DNA from: Ruminococcaceae bacterium OttesenSCG-928-A16
Lineage (GTDB): Bacteria; Bacillota; Clostridia; Oscillospirales; Ruminococcaceae
Direction: 5' to 3'
DNA length: 64,000 nucleotides
Assembly (NCBI GenBank): GCA_030267215.1
Contig: JAJDJP010000003.1
Location: 23,512 to 87,511, forward strand
Shown here: one piece after another, positions 50,372 through 60,376 of the stretch
How the letters are laid out: each line of letters opens with the position of its first letter
Numbering within the stretch: the first letter of the stretch is position 1
The notes under the pieces: generated by a model
What the model was told of the DNA's origin: nothing
What the model saw: only the letters and a program-made list of their open reading frames with translations
Database searches by the model: none
Made by a program: the position numbers and the translations under genes

Positions 50372-51661
50372 TTAGGCTAGCAGTGAATCGATGCTGGCAA
50401 GGGGAGAAACAAGTTCCCAGCCAGTAACTTGCGCATCGCTGGCAACTACAACTTTCGACAGGTTCATTTCCTGCGTGCCCAGGCGCTGGCCGCCCGCAAA
50501 GTCGATAATTCCGCCAAACGGGTTTTGAATGGGGGCTTCTTCCAAAGCTGCCATGTAGGATTCCCATGTTACTTCTTTGCCTTCCAACCGGCGCAGGCCT
50601 TCGCAGAAGAAGTGGGCAGAGATCCAGCCGGTTTGGGCATAGGCATTCATGGCGTATTCTTCAGAAATCCATTGTTGGTATAGTTCCAAAGTAACTTTGG
50701 TATCCGGGCTTTCGGTATCAACCCAACCAAGGCCATACACATCAAATTTACCCTGAATTTCGTTTGCAACTGCTTCAGACATGGCCGAAGAAACGTTAAC
50801 GTAGGTGGTAATGCAGTCTTTGTTTACGCTTTGGGCGGCCAGTTCTTTCACAATGGTGGGCATGGTGCCCTGAATGGAAGCCACGATGATGAAATCAACA
50901 TCGGCATTTTTGATAGAAGTAACAGCGGCAGATACGTCGGCGCTGCCGGCGGTAACCTGCTCGGCTACAACTTCAAGGCCAATTTTTTCGGCTTGGGCAG
51001 TGGCGCCGCGGTACAGGTCCATACCAGCGTCATCGTTGGTATAAATAATGCCAACCTTGCTGGCCTCGAACTTACCGGCGGCGTACGCCACCATAATGCT
51101 ACCCTCGGTAACATAAATGGGCTGCACGGGAAAGATGTTGTAGCCTTCTGCGTTGGTGGTGGCTTTTTCGGCATACAGCTGGCCAATGCCGGTGGCAAAG
51201 TATACAGCGGGTATGCCGTATTCTTTCAGGTCATCTACAGTGGCGGCCACAACAGGGGTGCCAAAGTGGCCAACAATGGCAAACGCTTTTTCGTCTTCCA
51301 CAAGGTTTGCCAAAGCGGCTTTACCTTTAGCGGGGTCAAATTCGTCATCGGTAATGTGGTTGAATACGATTTCGCGGCCATCGATACCGCCCTGGTCGTT
51401 CACCATTTTAAGGTATGCTTCAATACCTGCAAGGAAGGGAACGCCCACCGCGGCATAGGCGCCAGAAGTGGCGGCCGAGTTACCAATAATTACCTGGGTA
51501 TCGGTAACACCTTGCACATAGCTACCCGAAGCATCGGGTGTGCTGGGGCTGCTGGGGTTGCTTGCAACAGCACCACCAGTGCTTGTTGCGGCCGGGCTGC
51601 CACAAGCAGCCAAAGGAAGCGCCAAGGCTAGAACCAGCATGATAGACAATAGCTTTTTCAT
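50372..51661 (-). CDS. ABC transporter substrate-binding lipoprotein (LivJ/Peripla_BP_6 type)
   Basis: Lipobox LAAC-GS and a type-I periplasmic binding fold pattern. Ligand not inferable. Confidence 0.85.
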   Translation of the reverse strand: MKKLLSIMLVLALALPLAACGSPAATSTGGAVASNPSSPSTPDASGSYVQGVTDTQVIIGNSAATSGAYAAVGVPFLAGIEAYLKMVNDQGGIDGREIVFNHITDDEFDPAKGKAALANLVEDEKAFAIVGHFGTPVVAATVDDLKEYGIPAVYFATGIGQLYAEKATTNAEGYNIFPVQPIYVTEGSIMVAYAAGKFEASKVGIIYTNDDAGMDLYRGATAQAEKIGLEVVAEQVTAGSADVSAAVTSIKNADVDFIIVASIQGTMPTIVKELAAQSVNKDCITTYVNVSSAMSEAVANEIQGKFDVYGLGWVDTESPDTKVTLELYQQWISEEYAMNAYAQTGWISAHFFCEGLRRLEGKEVTWESYMAALEEAPIQNPFGGIIDFAGGQRLGTQEMNLSKVVVASDAQVTGWELVSPLASIDSLLA

Positions 51662-51748
51662 TTAGAAACCTCCGTATAGTTTTGGTTTATATTTGCCACA
51701 CGCAAAGCGCGTGTAACCAACAAGTTGGAAATTTGGCCGGGGCCAAAT

Positions 51749-52468
51749 TTATGCAGAACCGAGATAAGCTTCCACCAATCGGGTGTCTTTAATAAGCTCC
51801 GAGGCAGGACCGTGAATGTTCAACTCGCCCACTTCCAGCACATAGCCATAATCGGCAATTTTAAGGGTTTGCAGTGCGTTTTGCTCCACAATTAGCACCG
51901 TGGTGCCCTCTTTTTTTATTTCGCCAATAATGTGGAAAATATCGCGCACAACCAACGGCGCAAGCCCTAGCGAGGGTTCGTCTAACAACAAAATTTTGGG
52001 GCTGGCCATAAGTGCCCGGGCAATGGCAAGCATTTGCAGCTCGCCGCCAGAAAGGGTATAGCTCATTTGCTTTCTGCGTTCTTTTAAACGGGGGAAATAA
52101 TGGTAGCACCGTTCAAAATTTTCTTGAATCACTTTTTTATTGTGTAGGGTAAAAGCGCCTACTTTCAGGTTTTCCTCCACCGTCAAATCGCCAAAAATTT
52201 GGCGCCCTTCAGGAGATTGGGCAATGCCCAGTTTGGCAATTTTTTCGGCGTCCATGTTGGTAATGTTTTGGCCTGCAAAAACGATGGAGCCTTCGGCTGC
52301 TGGGGTAAGGCCAGAAATGGTGCGCATGGTAGAAGTTTTGCCGGCGCCGTTTGCGCCAAGCAACGCCACCACAGACCCCTGTGGCACATCAATATCAATG
52401 CCTTTAACGGCTTCGATAGCGCCGTAGCGTACCTTTAGGCCTTTAATGCTTAAAGCAATATTACTCAT
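51749..52468 (-). CDS. livF: ABC transporter ATPase, LivF-type
   Basis: Walker A GANGAGKTS, signature LSGGE and Walker B LLLDEPS. ATGA overlap with livG. Confidence 0.88.
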   Translation of the reverse strand: MSNIALSIKGLKVRYGAIEAVKGIDIDVPQGSVVALLGANGAGKTSTMRTISGLTPAAEGSIVFAGQNITNMDAEKIAKLGIAQSPEGRQIFGDLTVEENLKVGAFTLHNKKVIQENFERCYHYFPRLKERRKQMSYTLSGGELQMLAIARALMASPKILLLDEPSLGLAPLVVRDIFHIIGEIKKEGTTVLIVEQNALQTLKIADYGYVLEVGELNIHGPASELIKDTRLVEAYLGSA

Positions 52469-53313
52469 GCTTCGTCCTCCCCAAGATATGCTTCCTGCAC
52501 TAGTTTGTTGCCCTGAATCTTTTCGGGGATATCGCAGGCCAGGTATTTGCCAAAAGAGATGGCGCATACCCTATCACAAATGTTCATAACAAGGCGCATG
52601 TCGTGCTCTACAAGTAAAACAGAACAATTGAATTTGTCGCGCACCTGGCGAATGGTTTCGGCCAGCGCTTCGGTTTCGGTATCGTTTAAACCGGCGGCGG
52701 GTTCGTCTAAAATAATAAGTTTTGGTTCTGCCATTAATGTGCGGGCAAGCTCTACTTTTTTTAAAACACCATAAGGCTGGCCACCGGCCAGTTGGTTTTT
52801 TAAACTGCCAATTTCTAAAAACTCCAAAACCTCTTCGGCTTTTTGGCGCAGGGCTTTTTCTTCGCGGCGGGCACGGGGCAGTTTAAGGGCTTGCTCAAAC
52901 ACGCTTGCCTTAAAATCGATGTGACCGCCAATGAGCACGTTGTCGAGCAGTGATAGTTCTTTAATGATCTCAACGTTTTGGAAGGTGCGCACAAGCCCGT
53001 AACGGATAATTTTGTGAACTGGCTGGCCTACAAGGTTTAGGGGTTCTTCGCTGCCTTTGGCACGGAAAAACACATTGCCTTCGGTGGGGCGGTAAAACTG
53101 GGTAATGCAGTTAAACACAGTGGTTTTACCGGCACCGTTAGGGCCAATAAGGCCAAAAATTTCCTTTTCCTTCACCGAAAAGCTGAGGTCATCTACGGCT
53201 TTAAGGCCGCCAAAGTTAATGCTTAAATGTTCAACACGCAAAACGTCATCGCGCATTAAGGTGTGGGTTGTTTTTTCCAGCGGGGCTTGCATATCCATCA
53301 ATGCGTCACTCAT
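52465..53313 (-). CDS. livG: ABC transporter ATPase, LivG-type
   Basis: Walker A GPNGAGKTT and Walker B LILDEPAAG. Confidence 0.88.
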   Translation of the reverse strand: MSDALMDMQAPLEKTTHTLMRDDVLRVEHLSINFGGLKAVDDLSFSVKEKEIFGLIGPNGAGKTTVFNCITQFYRPTEGNVFFRAKGSEEPLNLVGQPVHKIIRYGLVRTFQNVEIIKELSLLDNVLIGGHIDFKASVFEQALKLPRARREEKALRQKAEEVLEFLEIGSLKNQLAGGQPYGVLKKVELARTLMAEPKLIILDEPAAGLNDTETEALAETIRQVRDKFNCSVLLVEHDMRLVMNICDRVCAISFGKYLACDIPEKIQGNKLVQEAYLGEDEA

Positions 53314-54380
53314 ACAGCATCACCCGCTTCCTTTGGTTCTTTGTCTTGCTTGTTTTTACCCAAAAGCTTATCTTTAAGCCGCAATATTTTTGGCCACAGG
53401 CCGCCTATGCCGCCGGGTGCAAACATAACAACCAAAATAATTAAAATGCCATTAAAGATATAAGCAAGGCCGTTAATTTCGCCAATAACCGGCAGATTTT
53501 TTAGCACAAGATCGGGAATTGCCCATACCACAAAGGCGCCCAAAACGGTGCCGTAAATAGAGCGGAAACCGCCGATAACCACCGCGGCCAAAATGTAAAG
53601 CGAAAGGTTTAAGTTCCACACCGAAGGGTAGGAGAACTTGATGAAAAACACGTAGAGGGCGCCTGCCAAAGCAGCATAGGCGGTGGCCAGCGAAAAAGCA
53701 ATGAGCCGATATTTGAGCAGGTTAACCCCCATGGCTTGGGCGGCTACCTCGCTGCCGCGCATGGCGTGTAAGGCGCGGCCCATTTGCCCGTTTACAAGGT
53801 TGTGGGTAAGCATCATAACTAAGATAAGGGCCACAACCAAAAGCAAGTAAGTGCCGTTGCGGGTAAGAGGGTTTTGAAACAGGGTGGGATAGGCGGTGGT
53901 TTTGCCCTGCATGCCGCCGGTAAAGGTGTCCAGCTGTTCAAAGGTTTTTAATAAAATTTCGGAAACGCATAAGGTGGCGATGGCAAGATAGATGCCTGCA
54001 ATGCGCAGCGAAACAAGGCCGATGAGGATGCCAATGAGGGTGGGAATGAGAATGGCAAGCAAGGTAGCAACCCAAAAGCCAAGCTCCATATCTTTTGCTA
54101 CATAAGCGGCAATGTAAGAGCCAAGGCCCATAAAGCCCGCAGTGCCAAGCGATATAAGGCCGGAATACCCCAAAAGCAGGTTAAGGCCAAGGGCGGCCAC
54201 GGCGTAAATAAGCACGTTGCCAATGTAGCTAAGGGTGCTGCTTTTCATCAACCCAGCGTCAGACAACCAGGGCAGCAGGCCAATAACAACGCCAAAAAGC
54301 ATAAACCGCAGGTGGTTGTTCTGCCAAATGCGTTTCCACATTGGCTCGTTTGTTTTTACAAGGGAGTTCGTTTGTTTCAT
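53310..54380 (-). CDS. livM: ABC transporter permease, LivM-type
   Basis: 356-aa polytopic protein with a family-typical pattern. Overlaps the livG start. Confidence 0.85.
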   Translation of the reverse strand: MKQTNSLVKTNEPMWKRIWQNNHLRFMLFGVVIGLLPWLSDAGLMKSSTLSYIGNVLIYAVAALGLNLLLGYSGLISLGTAGFMGLGSYIAAYVAKDMELGFWVATLLAILIPTLIGILIGLVSLRIAGIYLAIATLCVSEILLKTFEQLDTFTGGMQGKTTAYPTLFQNPLTRNGTYLLLVVALILVMMLTHNLVNGQMGRALHAMRGSEVAAQAMGVNLLKYRLIAFSLATAYAALAGALYVFFIKFSYPSVWNLNLSLYILAAVVIGGFRSIYGTVLGAFVVWAIPDLVLKNLPVIGEINGLAYIFNGILIILVVMFAPGGIGGLWPKILRLKDKLLGKNKQDKEPKEAGDAV

Positions 54381-54392
54381 TTGCGCTACCCC

Positions 54393-55280
54393 TTACACTT
54401 TCTTGATAAACTTCTTACCAACCAAACCGTTTGGCCGGAAGATGAGGAAGATGAGGATAAGCAGGTACATAATCTGCTCGCCCCAAACGGAGCTGACATA
54501 GTAAACGAGGAAGTTGCGGCCAATGCCGATGATGTAAGCACCCAGCACGGGGCCATAGAAGGTTTGGAAGCCGCCTAACACACAAGCGAATAGAGCATTT
54601 ACCTGTACGGCGTTCATTAGTGTAGTGGTAACGGTGGTGGTGGGGGCAATCATAACGCCAGAAAGGCAACCAAGCACACCCGCCACGGCCCAAGCGGCCA
54701 ACGTAACCTTGCGGGTGGGCACGCCCATAAGCATGGCGGTGCTTTCGTTAGAGGCAGTGGTGCGTACAGCAAGGCCCATTTTGGTTTTTTGCAGCACATA
54801 AAACAATACAATCATCAACACAAGGCCGGTGCAGATATTTAGGATTGCGTTGTAGGAAATGGCGGCGCCACCAATGCTGATATCACCACTTTGGATGAAA
54901 CGGGGCAGCAAAAGAGGATCGACCCCGAAAAGCATGGGCGACAGACCGAGGAAAACCATGATGAGCCCCAGCGTGATGATTTGCTTTGCCACCGGCGAGA
55001 TTTTTTTGGTGTGGCGAATGACGAGAAGGTCTACCACAAAGCCTATTAACACGGCGGCGGCAATGCCGCACAAAGTAGAAGCCCAAAGCGGCATGGAAAA
55101 AGAGGTGAACAGGTACGTAACAATATAAGTGTTAAACATACCCATAGAGCCTTGCGCAAAGTGCGTGATGTTGCTGGTGCGATAGATAATGATAATGCCC
55201 AGTGCCGCCAGGGCATATACGCTGCCTGTTTCCAGGCTGCGTAAAAACAATTGTAAAATAGTGCCCAGTTCGTTACCCAT
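54393..55280 (-). CDS. livH: ABC transporter permease, LivH-type
   Basis: 295-aa polytopic protein with an N-terminal GSVYALAALG motif. Confidence 0.85.
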   Translation of the reverse strand: MGNELGTILQLFLRSLETGSVYALAALGIIIIYRTSNITHFAQGSMGMFNTYIVTYLFTSFSMPLWASTLCGIAAAVLIGFVVDLLVIRHTKKISPVAKQIITLGLIMVFLGLSPMLFGVDPLLLPRFIQSGDISIGGAAISYNAILNICTGLVLMIVLFYVLQKTKMGLAVRTTASNESTAMLMGVPTRKVTLAAWAVAGVLGCLSGVMIAPTTTVTTTLMNAVQVNALFACVLGGFQTFYGPVLGAYIIGIGRNFLVYYVSSVWGEQIMYLLILIFLIFRPNGLVGKKFIKKV

Positions 55281-55346
55281 AGCAATCCCTCCGTTTGGCG
55301 GTTGTGTTTTGCGGCGCGCCGTATGACGCTAACATCACCTATTGAA

Positions 55347-55362
55347 GTGACAATATTGTCAC
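55347..55362. promoter_or_regulatory. Perfect 16-bp palindromic operator GTGACAATATTGTCAC
   Basis: Lies about 67 bp upstream of the livH start in the divergent intergenic region. Confidence 0.6.
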
Positions 55363-55570
55363 TTATAGTGCGTGTGTAGACGGTGCCGCATAGCGGGTTC
55401 TGCCCTGCTACAACTGTGAACGCCGATTCATATGCGTTTATTATAGCAAGCTTAAGTGGCGGTTTCAACAGATAAAATGACGAAATTTTTGGATTTGAAT
55501 TGTTCATAATCACGTTTTTTGCATATTTTGTTGAAACGGAAAACCGCATCTGATATACTGGTGTCGCAAT

Positions 55571-55586
55571 GTGACAATATTGTCAT
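55571..55586. promoter_or_regulatory. Second operator copy GTGACAATATTGTCAT
   Basis: Matches the first palindrome at 15 of 16 positions. Lies about 80 bp upstream of the KASIII-like gene. Confidence 0.6.
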
Positions 55587-55666
55587 GATTAAGTATGACA
55601 AAGGATTCACTATTGCTGCCAGTTTTGGCAGTTTATACTTTTGCAATAAAGAAAGGGGCAACTGTT

Positions 55667-56695
55667 TTGAGCAAGCAAACTGTGGGAATTTTGGGATATG
55701 GGTTATATTTGCCAGAACATTATATGACAGCAGCCGAAATTGCTGCGGCAACCGGCGGCATGTGGGCCGAAGAAGCGATTGTAGAAAAACTAGGCATTGT
55801 AAAAAAAACAATACCCGGGCCAGATGATGGCACCCAAGAAATGGGGGTGCGTGCTGCACAAGACGCTTTGCGCCGCACCGGGCTGCACCCCAAAGAAATT
55901 GATGTGATTTTGTGTGTGGGCGAAGAGTGGAAGGAATACCCTCTTACCACCTCCGCCTTGTATATTCAAGATAAAATTGGCGCGGTAAACGCCTGGGGCA
56001 TTGATATTGCCAACCGCTGCTGCACAACCTGCACTGCCATAAAAATGGCCAAGGATATGCTGCTGGCCGATGATGAAATTGACACCATTTTAATTGCCGG
56101 CGGTTACCGCAACGGCGATTTTGTGGATTACACCGATAAAAATATGAGCATGATGTATAACCTGGCAGCAGGTGGTGGTGCCTTAATTTTGCGCAAAGGC
56201 ATGCAGCAAAACCTGGTGCTGGGCAGCCACATTATGGGCGATGGCAGCCTGGCCCGCGCAGCAGGTGTGGAAATTGGCGGCATTAACAAACCTTTTACCA
56301 AGGATAACATTGCGGAAGGGTATAAATCTTTGCGGTTGATGGACGCCCAGCGCATGAAGGACCGCCTGAACGAAGTGAGTGTGCCCAACTGGTACCACTG
56401 CATTGACGAAAGCCTGCGCAAAAGCGGTGGGCTAACCCGCAAAGACATTGGGTACCTTGCCATTTTGCATTTTAAGCGCAGCCAGCACGTGCACATGGTG
56501 GCAGAGCTTGGCCTTACGCCAGAGCAAACCACTTATTTAGAAGACTATGGCCACGTAGGGCAAATTGACCAGATTTTATCGTTGTGCTTGGGGTTAGAGC
56601 AGGGCAAAATAAAAGACGGAACGCTGGTGAACATGGTTGCCGCAGGTATTGGGTATGTGTGGGCATCTACCTGTGTGCGCTGGGGCAAAGGCTAG
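55667..56695 (+). CDS. KAS III (FabH)-like condensing enzyme with an apparent Cys-His-His triad
   Basis: Thiolase-fold FabH-like ORF aligned by eye to E. coli FabH. Cys in ANRCCTT, His in ILHFK, and YGHVG where FabH has HGNTS. TTG start chosen from SD spacing. Confidence 0.7.
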   Translation: MSKQTVGILGYGLYLPEHYMTAAEIAAATGGMWAEEAIVEKLGIVKKTIPGPDDGTQEMGVRAAQDALRRTGLHPKEIDVILCVGEEWKEYPLTTSALYIQDKIGAVNAWGIDIANRCCTTCTAIKMAKDMLLADDEIDTILIAGGYRNGDFVDYTDKNMSMMYNLAAGGGALILRKGMQQNLVLGSHIMGDGSLARAAGVEIGGINKPFTKDNIAEGYKSLRLMDAQRMKDRLNEVSVPNWYHCIDESLRKSGGLTRKDIGYLAILHFKRSQHVHMVAELGLTPEQTTYLEDYGHVGQIDQILSLCLGLEQGKIKDGTLVNMVAAGIGYVWASTCVRWGKG

Positions 56696-56772
56696 TATTG
56701 TGCGCCGCCTGCTTAATAACAACATGACGCAAGATTCATATTGATAGAGCCATAGAATGGAGGAATGAATAG

Positions 56773-58086
56773 ATGTTTGACTACACCGCAAAAAAAATTA
56801 CAGTAGAGCAAGCCTTGGCACTTGTAAAAAGCGACGATAACATTACGGTGGGCATGGCCGGGGCCGAGCCGCTTGAATTTTTAGGCAAGCTGCACACCAT
56901 TGCAGATAGAGTGACCGACGTGACCGTGACAAGCTGCCTAAACACTGCACCGGGGGAGTATCTTTCGGAAAAATATTTAGAAAAGGCGTTTAAGCTGGAG
57001 TCCTGGTTTTATTCGCCCACGCTTCGCAAGCTAAACAAAACAGGGCGTGTTTCGTTTATTCCCAACAACCTGCATTTTTCTGGGTACAAGCGCAACTTTC
57101 ATAAAAAAACCAATATCTTTATCAGCTCGGCTTCTATGCCAGATGAAAACGGCCGTGTGCGGTTTAGCTGCGGAAATGTGTACGAGGAAGAGATTGCCAA
57201 AAAGGCAGATATTGTAATTTTGGAAATTAGCCCCAATATTCCCTATTGCCATGGCGAAAACTATTTAGAGTGGGATGAAATAGACCATGTGATTGAGTGT
57301 GACTATTTTCTGCCCACTATTCCGGACGTTATCCCCAACGACAAAGACCGGGAGATTGGCCAGTACATTGCCGAGCTAATTAACGATGGTGACTGTATTC
57401 AGGTTGGTATTGGGGGTATACCCAATGCCGTGTGCGAGTTTTTGGCCCATAAAAAAGATTTGGGCATCCATACCGAGATGATGACCACAGGCATTATGAA
57501 GCTGATGAAGTTGGGGGCCGTAAACGGCAGCAAAAAGCAAATGGATACCGGAAAAGTGGTGTGTGCGTTTGCGCTGGGCAACCAAGAAATGTATGAATTT
57601 ATGGACAATAACCCTGATATTTTGACCAAGCAAGGAAGCTGGGTGAATGACCCCAATGTAATTTGTGGCAACGATAACCAGGTGAGCATTAATACCTCGG
57701 TAGAGGTGGATTTGACCGGACAGTGCTGCAGCGAGAGTATAGGCAACCTGCAAATTTCGGGCACGGGCGGCCAAAGCGATACCGCCATTGGCGCCCAAAA
57801 CAGCAAAAATGGTCGCTCTATTATTGCGCTGTACTCCACAGCCATGGTTAAAAACCACGAAACAGGCGAGCGGGAAGAAGTTTCTAAAATTGTGCCCACA
57901 TTACGCCCAGGCGCGGCGGTATCGCTAAGCCGCAACGATGTAGACTGGGTAGTAACCGAGTTTGGCGCAGTAAACCTGCGTGGCACCTGTGTGCGCGAGC
58001 GTGCCGAATTGCTGATTAGCATTGCTCACCCCAAGTTTCGCAATGAACTGCGGGAAGAGGCTAAAAAACTGGAGTATTGGTTCTAA
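56773..58086 (+). CDS. Acetyl-CoA hydrolase/transferase-family CoA-transferase (4-hydroxybutyrate / butyryl-CoA:acetate type)
   Basis: 437 aa with the GTGGQSD motif and family-typical length. GGAGGA SD. Confidence 0.85.
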   Translation: MFDYTAKKITVEQALALVKSDDNITVGMAGAEPLEFLGKLHTIADRVTDVTVTSCLNTAPGEYLSEKYLEKAFKLESWFYSPTLRKLNKTGRVSFIPNNLHFSGYKRNFHKKTNIFISSASMPDENGRVRFSCGNVYEEEIAKKADIVILEISPNIPYCHGENYLEWDEIDHVIECDYFLPTIPDVIPNDKDREIGQYIAELINDGDCIQVGIGGIPNAVCEFLAHKKDLGIHTEMMTTGIMKLMKLGAVNGSKKQMDTGKVVCAFALGNQEMYEFMDNNPDILTKQGSWVNDPNVICGNDNQVSINTSVEVDLTGQCCSESIGNLQISGTGGQSDTAIGAQNSKNGRSIIALYSTAMVKNHETGEREEVSKIVPTLRPGAAVSLSRNDVDWVVTEFGAVNLRGTCVRERAELLISIAHPKFRNELREEAKKLEYWF

Positions 58087-58134
58087 AAATCCGAATACAC
58101 CCTGAAGCTACGTACAATAAAAGGAGATGGCGTG

Positions 58135-58950
58135 ATGGCTTCTTTTGTTTTTGAGGGCAAGGAAATTTATTATGAAAGCCATGGTGAAGGCGCGCCGTTA
58201 GTAGTGCTTAACGGCATTTTTATGTCCTGCGCATCGTGGGCGGCGTTTCGGCCTGCTTTTGCACAGCACAACCGCTTAATTTTGCTAGATTTGCTGGACC
58301 AAGGCAAAACAGAAAAGATGGACAAGGAGTATACGCAGGCGGTTCAGGCAGAGCTGCTGCTGGCGCTGCTTGCCCACCTGGGTATTTCTAAGGTGAACCT
58401 GATGGGGATTAGCTATGGCGGCGAAGTGGCTATGCGGTTTGCGGCGGCACACCCCGCAAAGGTAGAAAAGCTGGTGCTTGCCAACACGGCGGCCTACACT
58501 TCTAAATGGCTGAAAGACATTGGCCATTCGTGGGAATTTGCGTACGAAAGCCATAACGGGCACCACTTTTTTAAAACCTGCATTCCCATCGTGTATTCGC
58601 CCCAGTTTTACGAGGAAAACTACGAGTGGGCCAGCGCCCGGGAAGAACTGTTTGTAAAGGCCTTTACGCCAGAGATATATGACGCATTTGGGCGGCTTAC
58701 CCGCTCGGCAGAGGCGCACGATGAACGCCAAAACCTTGGCAAAATAACGGCGCAAACGCTGGTTATTTCTTCAGAGCTGGATTTTGTAACCCCGGTGTAC
58801 CAACAAAGGGAAATTGCGGCAGCCATTCATAAAGCGGCCCATGTGCTTATACCCGCGGCAGGCCACGCTGTAATGTACGAAAAACCGGCCGAGTTCACAT
58901 CAATTGTTTTAGGGTTTATAAATAGCAAAACAAATATGGAAGTATTATAA
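58135..58950 (+). CDS. Alpha/beta-hydrolase
   Basis: Nucleophile elbow GISYGG and a C-terminal GHAVM His motif. Confidence 0.85.
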   Translation: MASFVFEGKEIYYESHGEGAPLVVLNGIFMSCASWAAFRPAFAQHNRLILLDLLDQGKTEKMDKEYTQAVQAELLLALLAHLGISKVNLMGISYGGEVAMRFAAAHPAKVEKLVLANTAAYTSKWLKDIGHSWEFAYESHNGHHFFKTCIPIVYSPQFYEENYEWASAREELFVKAFTPEIYDAFGRLTRSAEAHDERQNLGKITAQTLVISSELDFVTPVYQQREIAAAIHKAAHVLIPAAGHAVMYEKPAEFTSIVLGFINSKTNMEVL

Positions 58951-58986
58951 ATTATTTTGAATTATTTTAAATGGAGGTATGAATGT

Positions 58987-59712
58987 ATGGGTGGACGTTT
59001 AGAAGGGAAAGTTGCCCTTGTAACGGGTGGCAGCGCCGGCATTGGCGCAGAATGCTGCAAACTATTTGCCAAAGAAGGCGCCAAAGTAATTGCGGGCGAC
59101 ATGAACCCGCCAAATTTTGAAGCCGAGAACGTGGAGTACATGCAGCTGAATGTAACTGATGTGGCCAACTGCGAAGAAGTGGTGAAGAGCATTGTGGCAA
59201 AATATGGTAAGCTGGATATTTTGGTAAACAACGCCGGCATTACCCGCGATGCGCTGGTGCAAAAGATGACCGACGATATGTGGGACGCTGTGGTTGCGGT
59301 AAACTTAAAGGGTGTGTTTAATGTAACCCGGTTTGCAGGCCCTGTTATGATGGAAAACAACTATGGTTCCATCATCAATATTTCTTCGGTAGTGGGCGAA
59401 TATGGCAATATTGGGCAAACCAACTATGCTGCCACCAAAGCGGGCGTAATTGGTATGGCCAAAACCTGGGCCAAAGAATTTGCACGCAAAGGTGCCAATG
59501 TGCGTTGCAATGCCATTGCCCCGGGCTATGTAATGACGGATATTTTAAAAACAGTACCCCAAGAACTATTGGATAAATTTGCCTCTATGACCATGCTGGG
59601 CCGCTTGGGCCAGCCGGAAGAAATTGCCAACGCTGCGCTATTTTTGGCCAGCAACGAGGCCAGCTATGTAACCGGCCACGTGTTAAGTGTAAACGGCGGC
59701 ATGCGGTTATAA
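58987..59712 (+). CDS. FabG/PhaB-type 3-ketoacyl reductase (SDR)
   Basis: TGGSAGIG, NNAG and YAATK motifs. ATG at 58987 has GGAGG 9 nt upstream. Confidence 0.88.
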   Translation: MGGRLEGKVALVTGGSAGIGAECCKLFAKEGAKVIAGDMNPPNFEAENVEYMQLNVTDVANCEEVVKSIVAKYGKLDILVNNAGITRDALVQKMTDDMWDAVVAVNLKGVFNVTRFAGPVMMENNYGSIINISSVVGEYGNIGQTNYAATKAGVIGMAKTWAKEFARKGANVRCNAIAPGYVMTDILKTVPQELLDKFASMTMLGRLGQPEEIANAALFLASNEASYVTGHVLSVNGGMRL

Positions 59713-59721
59713 AAAACAAAA

Positions 59722-59748
59722 GCGTTGCAGCCGGTGTGGCTGCAACGC
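59722..59748. terminator. Bidirectional terminator hairpin
   Basis: GCGTTGCAGCC-ggtgt-GGCTGCAACGC between convergent genes, with flanking A-rich and T-rich runs. Confidence 0.7.
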
Positions 59749-59764
59749 AATATTCTTTTGTTTT

Positions 59765-60376
59765 TTAAGGGTTTATGCCATTTTGAATAATATAGAGCAT
59801 TTTTTCTATATAACCGCGCAGGTTGTTAAGCGAAATTTGGTTAGAGATACTTTGGAAGATAAACACGTCGGTAACAAAGTGCACGCACAAATCGGCTAAG
59901 GTCGAAGAATCGATATTTTGGGAAATATGGCCTCGTTCTTTGTCAAACTCGATACCGACAAGAAAAGTTTCGCGGTATTGGGTTTGTATGCGCTGAATAA
60001 GCCTGTGAGAAACCCCATGGGCATGGCTGTATAGTTGTTTTCCAAGTTCAATGTGGGCCGGGTGCAAAAGCAGGTATTCGCTGTCGCGCAGGTAAAAGTC
60101 TTTAAAAAAATCGATGAATGGAGCCTTTTTATACAGCGAATAGGCCGGTTTTACATAATCGGCACGTTCGGCACGCAAGGTATCAAAAATATACACATAC
60201 ATGTCGTCTTTATTTTCAAAGTATTGGTACCAACTGCCGCGCGAAATGTCTGCATCACTAATGATGTTGGAAAGATTCGCTTCCTTCACGTTTCGCTTGC
60301 CAAATTCTTTAATACCCGCATTTAAAATTCGTTCCTGCTTTTCTTTTGTTAAATTAAAAAACGTTTGGGTTGGCAT
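59765..60376 (-). CDS. TetR-family regulator
   Basis: HTH segment ILNAGIKEFGKRNVKEANLSNIISDADISRGSWYQYF. Confidence 0.85.
   Translation of the reverse strand: MPTQTFFNLTKEKQERILNAGIKEFGKRNVKEANLSNIISDADISRGSWYQYFENKDDMYVYIFDTLRAERADYVKPAYSLYKKAPFIDFFKDFYLRDSEYLLLHPAHIELGKQLYSHAHGVSHRLIQRIQTQYRETFLVGIEFDKERGHISQNIDSSTLADLCVHFVTDVFIFQSISNQISLNNLRGYIEKMLYIIQNGINP

Noticed and set aside
55281-55666. T-box or other riboswitch upstream of the liv-type operon.
   Set aside because: I saw no T-box consensus (AGGGTGGTACCGCG-like) or specifier/antiterminator arrangement. The conspicuous features there are the two protein-type palindromes instead.
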